64,000 nt of DNA from the human T2T-CHM13v2.0 reference genome, Homo sapiens (GCF_009914755.1 NC_060926.1); one strand, 5' to 3'. Shown: positions 30,855 to 47,740, counted from the first letter of the stretch. Numbers and translations: made by a program. Notes: a model not told the origin generated them from the sequence alone.

Positions 30855-31112
30855 CTGTAGTCCCTGCTCTCACAGCTGTAGACTCCACACTCACAACTGT
30901 GGTCCCTGCACTCACATTTGTAGACATTACACACATAGAAGCAGCCCCGTACCAACAGCTGTGGTCCCTGCTTTCACAGATGCGTTCCTGAACCAACAGC
31001 TCTGGTCCCTGCACTCAGGGACGCACTCCTGAAACAACAACAGTGGTCCCTGACTCACACATGCGCTCTTGAACCAACAGCTGTGGTCCCTGCACCCACA
31101 GCTTTTGTCCCT
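30855..31112. repeat. Degenerate minisatellite with 21-bp units grading into 41-bp units
   Basis: The core ctgtggtccctgcactcac recurs at 30855, 30876, 30897, 30918, 30959, 31000, 31041 and 31081. Confidence 0.85.
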
Positions 31113-31518
31113 CGGAACAGGGCCTGGCCCATAGTAGAAACACAATAAAGATCATGTCCTCTCAACCCTCAGGTCTAGGAGAGTTTGCTCTACTTCTACA
31201 GGCAGTAAAAATATTTATAAGTGAATTTTAATGATGGACAAAACATAATAGACCTGCCATCAGAAGAGTGAATTTTGCGTTCCTCCCTGTATGTTCTCAG
31301 GAGATTTTGTTCAATGGTGGTCCACGAATGAAACTTTCACATACACTTATGGTGGTCCTAAGAGGCCCACAGGATTATCTCTCAAGGCCTGCTATTATAT
31401 ATTTCTGCAGAGAGTATTACAAACTATTGGTAGGCACAGAAATTAAGAGCATGGCATATAACAAGAACTCAAAAAGTGTGAGCTCATCTTAATATCACTA
31501 TTTCTCTGTATTCTAAAG

Positions 31519-31990
31519 CAGGGGTCAGGTCAGTGAACTACAGTCCACAGGTCAATCTGCCCTTTGTCTGGTTTTTACCTGTTCCTGAGCTCAGAATGGT
31601 TTTTATGTTGTTAAAGGGCTGTGCAAAAAAAAAAGAAAGAAAGAAGGAAGGAAGGAAGGAAGGAAGGAAGGGAGGGAGGAGGGAGGGAAGAAGGAGGCAG
31701 GGAGGGGGGAGGGGGAGAGAGAGAAAAAAAGAAAAAGAAAAAGAAAGGAAGAAAAGAAAGAGAAAGAAAGAAAGAAAGAAAAGAAAAGAAAAAGAAAGAG
31801 AAAGAAAGAGAGGAAGAAAGAAAGAGAGGGAAGGAAGGAAGGAGAGAAGGGAAGGAAGGAAAAGAAAAGAAAAAAGAAAATAAAAAGAGGAGAAAGAAAA
31901 GGAAAAATATGTATCAGAGATAGTGGGTAGATGGCTGCCAAGTCTGAGATTTATAACCTGACCCTTTACAGGAAAAGTTTATAACTCTGC
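31519..31990 (+). mobile_element. MER58B-like element with an internal purine-rich expansion
   Basis: caggggtc..aactacagtccacaggtcaatctgccc..gagctcagaatggtttt ... ccctttacaggaaaagttt. Confidence 0.6.
31626..31907 (+). repeat. Polypurine (GGAA/GAAA/GGGA)n tract
   Basis: About 280 nt of almost exclusively A/G. Confidence 0.95.
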
Positions 31991-32266
31991 TCTGTACGCT
32001 TAACTTCCTTTAAACTGTTTTATGGCTTACTTGATTGATTAGAATGAAAACTTTATTTCTTAATTAAACAAATATTTACTGTTATCATTCAGGGAGGATT
32101 TCCAAAAGCTGATGAAAACAGAGATCCAGAAGCCAGTGGAGCAGCTGCCAGCCTTGGTGCAGGGGAGAGGTGGAAGCCTCACCTCAACGATGCTGTCATT
32201 CGTCTTGTCATGGGCCTAGAGTTTATCCTGTCTGGGTGTACCTGGGAAGGTATTGATTAGCTATAA

Positions 32267-32407
<141 letters not shown>

Positions 32408-32446
32408 TAGCTGGGATTACAGGCGCCCGCCACCACGCCCGGCTAA

Positions 32447-32554
<108 letters not shown>

Positions 32555-33717
32555 TAAATAGCCACCGCGCCTGGCCTATAAATATCTTTTAATTACACCT
32601 CTTTGGTAATATTGTATGGATTGTCAGCTAATGATTGACTTTGGGGAATTTCCAAGGTGCTATCCACAGCTTTTGCTCTGAGCCTGGGGTCCAGCTCTTT
32701 CTGAGGAAAAAGGAGCACAGGCAGAAGCCCAGCCTGCCTTCCCTCTTCATCCTGGCTCCTTCCTCATCATCCCCCCGCTCTTTCTCTCACTTCTTGTTAG
32801 GTGCTTCTCTTTGCCCCCATATCTGCTGTGGTGGAGCCTTGCAGGTGGGGCAATCAGATAGAGCAGATCCACCACTCCAGATTCTGTCTTGATCTTGCCA
32901 GCTGCTACAGACATTTCTCTTGACAAACATGTTCGTGTTCCTTGGAAGAAAAATTCTTCATGGCCTCAAGTTTAATGAATTGACTTACCCAGTAATAGGT
33001 CTTTCATATAGACAAGTGGATCTCTTACAGAGTCCTGGGTAAATAAAACTCTCTATTTTATTACTATTATTATTATTATTATTATTATTTTAGAATGAGT
33101 CTTGCTCTGTCACCCAGGCTGGAGTGCAGGAGCATGATCTCAGCTCACTGCAACCTCTGCCTCCCAGTTCAAGCAAGCGAGTCTCCTGCCTCAGCCCAAC
33201 CTTCCGAGTAGCTGGGATTATAGGCATGCACCACCACTCCCGGATAATTTTTGTATTTTAGTAGAGACGGGGCTTCGCCACGTTGGCCGGGCTGGTCTCA
33301 AACTCCTGACCTCGGGTGATCCACCCGCCTCGGCCTCTCGAAGTGCTGGGATTACAAGCGCGAGCCACCATGCCTGGCCCGAACTCTCTATTCTAAATGT
33401 TAACTCTGTTCTTCCAAAGTCCTTTCCAGTCACCCCACTTGAGACCTCTCTATAGCTTTCAATCCCACAGCACCCAGCCCACCTCCCCGCTTCACTCCTG
33501 ATTCTGGGATTGCTCCAAGAACTCCAGTATTGTTGTTGCTGTTGTTTTTCTGCTGCTGTATTTGCTAGAATATTTTAGTTTTCCCATAAATTTTCACAAT
33601 AAGACTCCTCAAGATGTTGAGCAGCCAAAAGTTCCTTCAATTGTATAGGCTTCAGGCCGGGCACAGCGGCTAACACCTGGAATCCCAGCACTTTGAGAGG
33701 CTGAGGTGGATGGATCA

Positions 33718-34000
<283 letters not shown>

Positions 34001-34538
34001 TTATGAAGAACAAAACCTATATCCTGGTTATAATGGTGAGAGGTGTTGTGAAGGAGAAGCTTATAGCAGAGGGGTCTTGACCTAGTGTGTGGGATGGGGA
34101 AGGTGTGCTTGGAGAACATGGCTAAGAGTTGAAGTCTGAATAGGAGCTGGCCATGAAGGTAGGGGAACAAGAACATTCCAGGGAAAGCCTAGAACAAGTG
34201 CAGTGGAGCTGAGGGAGGAGGGAGTCCTGGAAGTCCAAGAATCAGAAGAAAGCCAGAGCATGTGGGCTGTGAAGACAGAAGGGGGAATTGCTTACAAGGA
34301 GGCTTTGGGAATGAGAGAGGCAGGTCTTGCCCAGCAATGTAGGACTTGCAAGTAACCCTGGACTTTCCCCTGGATTGAGTGACTATGCTTTAAGTGGGAG
34401 AGTGAGGGCTTCCTTTGCTGCAGTGTGGAAGGGAGTTGGAAAAGGATCAACATGAAGATGTGGAGACCGGGGAGGAAGCCGCTATAATAGGCAGAGGGGT
34501 GGTGATGCTGGATCTAGATGTGGCAATGGAGGTGGAAA

Positions 34539-35201
34539 TGTAAACCACCCACAGGGTTTACTTTGCCTGCTGCCTAGATAGAGCTAATTCATCAAGACAG
34601 GTGAATTGCAATAGATAAACAGTAATTCACGCAAAGCCGGCTGAGCAGGAGATTAGAGTTTTATTATTACTCAAATCAGTCTCCCCTAGCATTCGGGAAG
34701 CAGAATTTTTAAGGATAACTTGGTGGGTGGGAGGAAGCCAGTGAGCCAGGAGTACTGATTGGTCAGGAATGAAATCATAGAGAGTCGAAGCTGTCTTCTT
34801 GCGCTGAGTCAGTTCCTAGGTGGGGGGCCCAGATCAGATGAGCCAGTTTATTGATCTGGATGGTGCCAGCTGATCCATCAAGTACAGGTCTGCAAAATAT
34901 TTCAAGAACTGATCCTAGGAGCAGTTTGGCCTCCAGCTTCATGACTCCTAAACCATAATTTCTAATCTTGTGGCTAATGTTAGTCCCACAAAGGCAGTCT
35001 AGTCCCTGGACAAGGAGGAGGTCTGTTCTGGGAAAGAGCTGTTACCATCTTTGTTGAAGCTATAAACTAAATTTCTCCCAAAGTTAGTTCAGCCTATGCC
35101 CAGGAATGAACAAGGACAGCTTGGAGGTTAGAAGCAAGATGGAGTTGGTTAAGTTAGATCTCCTTCACTGTCTCAGTCTTAATTTTGCAAAGGTGGTTTC
35201 A
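34539..35201 (-). mobile_element. LTR8 solo LTR (ERV1) inserted in an L2 relic
   Basis: TG...CA termini and a 4-bp TSD GAAA (34535-34538, 35202-35205). The minus-strand start TGAAACCACCTTTGCAAAATTAAGACTGAGACAGTGAAGGAGATCTAAC matches LTR8. Confidence 0.88.
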
Positions 35202-35386
35202 GAAAGAAGTGATGGATTTGACATATATTTAGAAAGGACTTAACAATTGATTGGATAAGGAAAGTGAGGGAGGGGAACAATAAAAAATTGCTCCAGGTTC
35301 TGGTCTGAGTGACCAGGTGGTTAGAGGAGCAGCTTGGTTGCTGGGTTGTTTGGGTTGAAGCAAGGTTGTAGCTTAAGGTTCAATCA

Positions 35387-35715
<329 letters not shown>

Positions 35716-35722
35716 TCAGGTT

Positions 35723-35780
35723 GAATTGGAAGTACCTGTGAGTCATCTACAGAATTGGAAGTACCTGTGAGTCATCTACA
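35723..35780 (+). repeat. Perfect 29-bp tandem duplication
   Basis: gaattggaagtacctgtgagtcatctaca x2 (35723-35751, 35752-35780). Confidence 0.95.
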
Positions 35781-36107
35781 TGGAGATGTCAAATAGGCTG
35801 TTGGAAGGTTGGCCCTGGGACCCAGAAAACGAACAAGGAGGAGGAGCCTCTTCTGGAGTCACAAGAGGTGAGCCAGAGTAGTGGGAGGAAACCCAGGAAG
35901 GGGGTGGAGGGCAGGTCAGTTTGGACTGGATTTAGTTTTGGTGTTGTGACAGGATCCAGACTAGAGTCGAAGCAAGTGATGGCCGGTTATGTTTAGACTT
36001 CTCTCTCCACCCAAGAAGAACCCATTCTCATGCCCCAAAGGGAAGTGTCTTCGGAATCACTCGGAAACGCCAATCACACTGATCCAATTGGGTGCTTCAC
36101 AATGTAG

Positions 36108-37229
<1,122 letters not shown>

Positions 37230-37949
37230 TTAGCAGAGATGACAGAGTCAGACATAAAAAGCATGAAGGGATGTCAGAAATGTGATGCTGCACCAAATGT
37301 CCCCCTTACTTGCTGATCACTAATGTGGTCTAGAGGTTTGCCAGTGGAGCTTTGCTCTTTTGAGGTAAGAGATTATGCCCCATTAAAAACAGGATGCACC
37401 TAGAAGAACAGAGGGTGGAGACGCACACAAAAGTCCTTAGGGAGAGCTCTACCACTAATGCACTGGGGACTCCCCTTAAGGGGAGATAGGGAAGTACAAG
37501 TCTCACTTACTTCTTGAGAAATGGCCAAAATGGGGTTTTAAAGGCATACTCTCAGCATTGGCACTCTTTAGGCAGGAAGATATTGGTCAGGGCTGCTTGG
37601 TAAGGATGTTCAGGTTGTGCACTCTACAGATGCACATTTATCACAGCCAGGGCCTCCTGCAGAGGCCCTGATAGCAGTTTTCGGAAGGTAAGGTCCACCT
37701 GTATGAGAGATAGAGGCATAAAATGTACGTAGATGAAGGGAGTCCCTTCCTACTGGGCAAAGTATGTCTTTATCTATACTACCTAACCCAGAACAATACA
37801 TAACTAAGTGTTCAAAGGACGATTTTTATAGTGTCAATGTGAAAGTATCTTTTATTCTAGTCTCTTTGCTGTAAAAACCAGTATAAGGCTGGGCATGGTG
37901 GCTCATGCCTGAAATCCCAGCACTTTGGGAGGCCAAGGCGGGCGGATCA

Positions 37950-38252
<303 letters not shown>

Positions 38253-39846
38253 TCAGTGACTGTGGGAGCTTCAGATTCAGGAGTTTGGTGGACTGTGCCA
38301 GAAACACGCCTTGCACCTGCTTACAGGGATGGAGGAGCGAGGACTGAGGGGGGCCAGAGATCCAAAGTTCTTGTATCTCCATAAGAAGGTGTAGGAGCAA
38401 GCCGAGCAGTCTGAAATTGTCATTAAGAACAGAAAACCTGCAGATGGGCATATTTACACACATGGCTTATGTGGGTGTGGGTGTGTGGATGGGCAACATC
38501 AAAGAGGATATGAATGGTGATTCAAAAGTCAATAGGTCAAATATGAAAATGCTAGGAGGACATCTTCATGTATCTACTGTATAGTCCAACTTTCGGTTTA
38601 TGGAAAATGTCCAGCTCTTTTAGAAGGTAAACATTTTCTGACTGTGAGCTCTTGAATATGAATTTTATGGTACCTTATACATTTTTTAACTTTCAAAGCT
38701 CTGGGTTGGGTAGTTACCAGTACCATCTTCACAAATTCTGGATTCTTCTGGATGTTCTTGACTATTCTGGGAAAATTGGTGCGTTTGTTCTCCCTCCGCC
38801 TTGTACCGAGGTCTGCAGGCTTAAGGGATGTTAACAAGGCTTCAATTTGCTGTGTGCATTAGCAGGTGCTGGAAACTACGTTGCCAAATGTGTCGTAGAC
38901 ACAAGAGGGCGATGTGTGCTCAAATGTCAACCTCACCGAGGAAAAGGAATTCATCCTTCAGGAATTTTTGGCTGAATTCCCAGACCTAAAAAAGATTAAC
39001 AAAGTGTGTTTGGGAGGGGCAAAATTCACTGTGAAACCTAATCAAAGAGGCAGGATGTGATGTCAGAGTGTGGAGACAGCCTGGCAGGAGCTTGGAGGGG
39101 ATTCTTATCCTTGAGTTCAGAACTGGGCAGTACTCTAGGCTAATGATCGTTATAATCAAGACTTGTCCTCTGTCTGGATATTCAGAAAAGACAGACTTCA
39201 AGGCTGCAGAGAATCAGTGGCTGTCTTGGTCTCTGATTACAAAAACTTTATTCTGAGAAAGCCCCTCATTCATTGGAGGAAAACTGGCTGTGCACTTGTT
39301 ACATGCCAGGCATGAGTCTTGTAGGGGCTAAGAATTCAGCCTTGAGTAAGACAGCCGAGGCCACTGCCCTCTGGAAGCATCAGTGACCCTTGGCACGTAC
39401 TCCCATCTATTTGTTTCTTTTCTCTCTGAGCCAGTCCAAACCAGCAGTATCTACATCATCTTTTCTTGTTCTGAAAGAGAATGCAAGTCACACATTTATG
39501 GCTGTGGGCCACATTTTTTTAGAGATGCCATCTGGTTCCAGTTTTTCTGACTGTTTGTGGAGAGTGGTGATTCCAACAATCTTCTACCAAATGTAAGGGG
39601 GTGATAAAAGTGTTCAGTGTTTGCCACAGAGATATCTCTAGCTTGGCCTGATCTCAGTGCACTGCTTTTTGGGTTTACTCAACAAATTGAACAATGCTCA
39701 GCCCCTCTTCCATGGAACCTTCCCAATCTCTTTAACCAGGGTTACACTGCGACTCCTCTAAGTCTCTGTACATCATAGCACTTTTGTGGGAGACCACTGC
39801 TACTTCAAATCTCTGCCAATAGCACCATGTTTCCTTTCGTTGCTAG

Positions 39847-39987
<141 letters not shown>

Positions 39988-41308
39988 TGATCCTTCCACC
40001 TCAGTCCCCCAAGTAGCTGGGACTACAGGTGCTCACAACCACACGCAACTAATCTTTGTATTTTTTGTAGAGACAGGATTTCGTTATGTTGCCCGGGCTG
40101 GTCTCAAATTCCTGAGCTCAAGAGATCCTCCCATTTTGGCCTCCCAAAGTGCTGGGATTACAGGCATGAGCCATTGTGCCCGGACTAGCTATTTTTTAAA
40201 TTGGAGTTTGAGGAAGGAGGAACAGAAAGGCTGCATCTGCTTAGTAAATGACTCCCCGCTGCCAACACACATACCCAGCAGATGGCAACACCCATGAAAA
40301 TCCTTTCATCCTGTTGTGAATGGTGGATTCCCAAACTCTACAGGACCCTGCACTAGTCAGCATCTGCTCTTCCCTCTTGAGTCAGGGCAGCCTGCAAAAG
40401 TCTGGTGTGTATCATAGGCATCTTGGGGCTCACCTTCTACAGAAGGTCAGAGGGCACAGCAAAAATAGCTTTCTTGCTGTGACCTAATACATAAACCCTG
40501 GCACACTTCCGCCTGTCAGATGGGAGCACGCCCCTGTCCTCGGGCTGTTTTTCGCTGTCGCAACAGGCTGTTCTGCCGTTAATCCTTTCCTGTAATTCCC
40601 GCCGCCTCGCTCGATCTTGCAATTCTCTTGCCCAGTGGCCTTTACAGGGGGTCATTACTGGGACACGGGGAACCAATGTGCGGTAACAAATGCAAGCTGA
40701 CAGCAACACGTTCCTCGCCAAAAGTGGGACTCTTGGGTTTTGTGTGTGTCAACTCAGAAGAAACGAGAAAAAGACCCCACCATGTGTTGGATGAGGATGG
40801 AAATTGGATGCAGTGACTAAAAGTGCTTTGATTAGGTGAATCCGTTGACAGTAAGAAGGAAGAGATTCTCAATGTGCTTGGCATTTCACTTTGTCTCACT
40901 TTGGGTGAATAGTCCCAATTCTGTCAGACGTGCATCTCTTCGTCTGTCAGCTCCGTGTCTCTTGCCAGGATGCTTCTCTCTATCTATCAGGCAGAATTTT
41001 CAGATGTTGTCTTTCCTGTCAGGAAAAGTTTAATTCATCATTTTCCTCAGGCCTTGAAAAAATTTTTACAGGAAAAAAATGGTGGTGGTGGGTTGGGGGT
41101 GGGGGGTTATGACAAAAACATTTACAGATTTTTCTTCACATATAATTTTAAAATTGCCTATTTTTGCTAGGCACGGTGGTTGAAGCCTGTAATCCCAGCA
41201 TTTTGGGAGACCGAGGCAGGTGGATGACCAGAGGTCAGGAGTTCAAGACCAGCCTGGCCAACATGGTGAAACCCCATCTGTACTAAAAATACAAAAATTA
41301 GCTGGTCA

Positions 41309-41467
<159 letters not shown>

Positions 41468-41746
41468 TTACTTTTGAGTAGGTAATACATACACACAGTA
41501 CAAAAGTCAAAAGGTTCATACAAATGGAAAAAACTCCATACTCTCTTCGCCTCCATTCCCCAGGCACCCAGTTCCTCTCAACGGAGGCAACCCTGGGTAC
41601 TAGTGGTTTACATCTTTCTAGAGACTGTCTCTGTATAAATTAGCAGAGATAGTCTTCATATGCCTTTTGAGAGCATCTTTTTAAAATTTCTAAATCTAGG
41701 TAAGTTCTGAAAAGGAATATATTAAATATACATTAAAATATACTCA

Positions 41747-42168
<422 letters not shown>

Positions 42169-42464
42169 CTAGATAATTTGTTGGCTTCTTGTTAGATCAC
42201 TCTTAACAGAAATGTGACTGGACTTAGAATCAGTCTGGAAGCATTGTGGATACTCTGGAGTCTGACGTTTCTTGTCCCTTAACATTCAGCTCGTCTTTCC
42301 TGAGTTATACCTCTTAGTCATTTCCCTTTGAAATTAAGAGAAGGGCCTCAAATCTTAAAAATGGAAGAATACGGCCGGGCACAGTGGCTCACACCTGTAA
42401 TCCCAGCACTTTGGGAGGCTGAGGCAGGCAGATCACCTAAGGTCAGGAGTTCGAGACTAGTCTA

Positions 42465-42695
<231 letters not shown>

Positions 42696-43091
42696 TTATT
42701 AAGACATAGAAGAAAAGTTAGTTGAGAATCTCACTGGCCACACCCCAAGAGGGGACATTTGGCCACTGCGGGTACATTGGGTGGTCTAGGGAATTGGCTG
42801 GGTCTGGGACACACTTGTTAAGCTCCTGAAACTTAGAGTTGAACAGAACAACAGCAGCTAGTATAACGACTTGAAAGGTCCTTTGATGAATTTTAATACC
42901 TGGACGCATAAATATTTGTGTTTGATACTTTTAGGCATCTGAAAGAAGTGTCTGATTTCCTTGCTAAGGGATTGGCCTCAGGAACAGATGCATACCAGTG
43001 TTGAAATTCTCCTCAGCCTCGTGACTGGCAGTGATTCTTGTGTATCTGCCCTCTGCCTGTGTTGGAGCTGCTAAATTGTAAGAATTTGTAA

Positions 43092-43589
<498 letters not shown>

Positions 43590-44140
43590 TAAATCTTAAC
43601 GTAGTAACACCGTTACTAATTTCTCAGCTGCTTTTCTGAGTTTAACAATTTCTGACTGAATGCTTTATTTATAGGTTGACAATTCTCAGTACCCCTAGTC
43701 AGCCAAATGTGTCTCTCTCCACAACAGAGACTCACCTTCTCGTGGCTGCAAGCTGTGCAGCTGAAGAGGGATTCTGGAGAAAGAAGGGGAATCCTTTTGT
43801 TTGGGTCTATTAATGCTACGCAATGTGCCTGGGTTCTTGGAGGGAGACATATCCCATTCTTCCTTATTCCCTCCCATTGACTATACAGGAGAAACTGTAT
43901 GGAGCTTACTTCAGAAAAACTATTAAGTCCCAAAGATGTGAAGTGTTTTGAATTTTATTCAAGTCCAACCTTGCAGGGCAACAACTCAACACAGCCATTC
44001 CTGCTCTTTCAGGAGAAGCCACAAGTGTGGGAAGACAGGCAGCTAAGTCTAGGGCACAGACAAATTAGTCATACTGTCTGCTTAGATCCTGAGGGCCTGC
44101 GAAACCCTCAAGGTTTCCTGGTGTCATCTTAAGGTGCTAG

Positions 44141-44506
<366 letters not shown>

Positions 44507-45599
44507 TAGTAGAGACGGGGTTTTGCCATCTTGGCCAGTCTGGTCTCGAACTCCTGACTTCAAGTGATCTGCCCGCCTCAGCCTCCCAGAGTGCTGGGAT
44601 TACAGGCATGAGCCACCGCGCCCGGCCACACAGAAGCATTTCTCAGTGCCTAATCTAGTTTGCATATCAACTATTATGGAATAAAGAAACCAACAAGACC
44701 TTGCATTGCACTCCCTGGGTGGGATGACATATGCCTATCAAGGCCAGAGCCTCCTGAAACCCATCTCTTATTTCTGTTGGCACTGCTCCCACCCAGACAG
44801 AAATGAGTTAGAGTGAGGCATTCTCCCTAGTAACCACGGGAAGTAGGATTTCTCCCTGCAGAGGAGCAAAGGAATAGAGGAATGAATATCTTTGACTCCT
44901 ACTCCTGTTCACCTTATGGGAGTCTTCTCTGATCCCCACAGCTAAAACACCGTCACTTCTACCCCATTCATCTTTATGCTCTTATCTGGCTTTATCTTTC
45001 CTGTCTTTTCCCCCACCAACACTTACCTCCCCCCTGCCCTAGAATGTGAGCCCCCTGAGCGCAGGATCTGTCTGATTCATTTACTGCTGTATCCTCAGTG
45101 CCCGAAACAGTATCTGTCCCATTTCTGAGTGCACAAAAAAAAAATCTGTTAAACAAATAGGGGACCTCTACTATTGCCAGGCACTGTGTCAGACCCTGTG
45201 CATACACTATACATGTGACACAGGTAGGTGTTAGTGGCATCATTCTACAGATGAAGAACCCAGGGAGTAACAAAGGAGGTGACATAACTTCCTCAAGGTC
45301 ACACACTTAGTAAATAGTTGAGCATTTACTGCCTCTAGAGGGTTTATCCTCTAGAACTTGATCCCTTTTGTCAAATGCAAGAGCTAAAGAATTGTCGAGT
45401 AGAGTGTGTTTCATTCTTGAAACCATCTCAGTTTTCTACCTAGGTAGAATTTAGGAAAACAGAAGGGATGGCAAATATATATATATATAAAAACAGAGGA
45501 AACCTTCTTGAGGGTTACAACTTAAACAAGCACAGCCCAATACAAAATACTCTGAACTAAAATCAAACAACAATTCTCAGTATCTCAGAGGGTTTGATT

Positions 45600-46460
45600 A
45601 GTTTACTTAAAGTTTTTCAATCATCCCATATGCATTTACTGAGGCCCTCGTATGTGCCAGGCTCTGGGCTAAGTGCTCCGATACTAAGAGAAAGGCGGTA
45701 GACTTAGCCCTGTGGAATTTACTGTCCACCTGAGAACAATGAACCCAAGAGGTGTAAGAGACCAGGATTTCTGAAGAATACAGAAGAAATACTCAGTGTG
45801 CTTGGAGAGCAAGTGAAAGAGGGTCTGGCATAGACTGTGGGGCGGGGAGGGCAGGTCAGGGAAGATTGGCCCGAGGAAATGGTTTTAGAAGGGAACTAAA
45901 CTTACCCTGGAGATTATAGTTGTCAAAGAAAAGCAAATCATAAACAGCCAGGACACACAACACAGACGTTACAGAGACACTGACAAGAGGAAATGGGAAG
46001 GAGGCGATTAGATTCATGGGCAGGAGCTCAGAGGAGAGGTACGGGCTGGAACTATATATTTGGAAGTCATTGGCTTACAGAAGGTAATTGAAATTGTAGG
46101 TGTCGATGAGATCATCTTGGAAAAAATTACACAGCAAGAAAAGAAGGGAGTCCAGCCCTGAGCTTTAAGGAAGTCTAACACGTAGTGGCTGGGAAGGGGA
46201 GGAGTTGCCAGCCAAGATGCCCGGGAAGGAGCGGGCGAGAGAGGCAGGAGGGAATGTAGGAATTGTGGCCATGTGAAATCCAGTGGAGAAAAGCTCTCAA
46301 AGGAATCATGTGTGCAGAGCCAACACTGCTGAGGGGCCAGAGATAGGAGGACGCAGAGATGAACAGGTGACAATGAAGTCATAGGTGACCCTGGGGAGAG
46401 GTCCTTAGGTGGCATGATGTGAGCAAGAGTCTGATGACAGGCAGATGAGAAAGGGTGGGA
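45600..46460 (+). mobile_element. L2 fragments
   Basis: catttactgaggccctcgtatgtgccaggctctgggctaag and gggctggaactatatatttggaagtcattggcttacagaaggtaattgaa, typical old L2 sequence. Confidence 0.55.
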
Positions 46461-46484
46461 AGGGAGGGAATGGAGATGGTATCA

Positions 46485-47740
46485 CCCAGTGGTCTGCAAA
46501 CCAGGACCCACACACCAAATCTGGCTGGAGGCCTATTTATTTATTTATGATGTATTTATTTATTTTGCAAGGGCCTGTTTTTGTAAAGGAGATTTCACTG
46601 GAACACAGCCATACCCATTCACTTACATACGTATTATGGGCTGAATTTTATCCTCCTCCTTGACACTTAATTTTTTAAATTGTATATATTTAAGGTATAT
46701 AACATGATGTTTTGATATACATAAACATAGGAAAATGATTTCCTTTTTAAAAAATTTTAATCAGGCCAAAAGAGAGAGAAAAAAGAATAAATATTCCTAT
46801 AGTGAAATGATTTCTACAGTGAAATGAACACATTCCCTCATCTCATATAGCTACCTTTTTGTGTGTGGTAGAAATACCTAACAACTGCTCACTTAGCAAA
46901 TTTCCAGTATACAGTACATTATTATTATAATTATTATTATTCTTAGAGACAGGGTCTCACTCTGTTGCCCAGGCTGGAGTGCAGTGACAGTCACAGCTCA
47001 CACTGCCGCTTCAAACTCCTGGCCTCAAGCGATCCTCCCACCTCAGTGTCCTGAGTAGCCAGGACTACAGTTTTGTGCCACCACACCTGGCTAATTTCTT
47101 TTTAAATTTATGTTATACCTTTTGTAGAGACGGGAATCTCACAATGTTGCCTAGGCTGGTCTCGAACTTCTGGCTTCAAGCAATCCTCCTGTCTCAGCCT
47201 CCCAAAGTGCTAGGATTATAGGTGTGAGCCACTGTGCCCGGCCACAATACAATATTATTATTAACTATAGTGTCCCTCCCAAACTAATATGCTGAAGTCC
47301 TAACTCCAGTGCCTTAGAATGTGACTGTATCTGGAGATAGAGATAGGGTCTTTAGAGAGGTGAATAAGTTAAAATGTGGTCATTAAGGTGGGCCCTAATC
47401 CTGATAAAGAGGGGGAGATTAGGACAGACAGACACAGAAGGCAGGCCACGTGAAGACACAGGGAGAAGATGGCCATCTGCAAGCCAAGGAGAGAGGCCTT
47501 AGGAGAAACCAACCTTACCAATATCTTGTTGTCGGACTTCCAGCGTCCAGAACTGTGAGGAAATAAATTTCTGTTGCTTAAGGCACCTAATCTGTGGTTC
47601 TTTGTTATGGCAGCCCTAGCAGCCCATTGGCTATTTTTGCACTACACAAGTTGCAGAGTTGAGTAGTTACAACAGAAGCTGTATGGTGAGCAAGGCCAAA
47701 AATATTCAGTAGCTGGCTCTCCACAGACATTGTTTGCCAA
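46485..47740. mobile_element. Nested stack: MER58A containing MLT1 containing an L1M fragment containing an Alu
   Basis: MER58A halves at about 46485-46630 and 47620-47740. MLT1 starts at about 46631-46660 and resumes at about 47273-47620. The reverse L1M 3' end spans about 46665-47272 and the reverse Alu about 46930-47243. Confidence 0.7.

Noticed and set aside
30855-31112. Repeat-spacer appearance resembling a CRISPR array
   Set aside because: The inter-core segments are similar to each other rather than unique spacers, the context is eukaryotic, and there are no cas genes.
30811-31145. Cys-containing frames (CGCRDHSCW, ECRDQSCW) as a possible second KRTAP-like pseudogene
   Set aside because: The 41-bp period shifts frame every unit, the flanks are L2-like, and there is no Kozak start or CC/GGC pattern like SCYGR.
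31533-31941. K/R/E-rich and F/S/L-rich ORFs
   Set aside because: They are translations of the polypurine tract.
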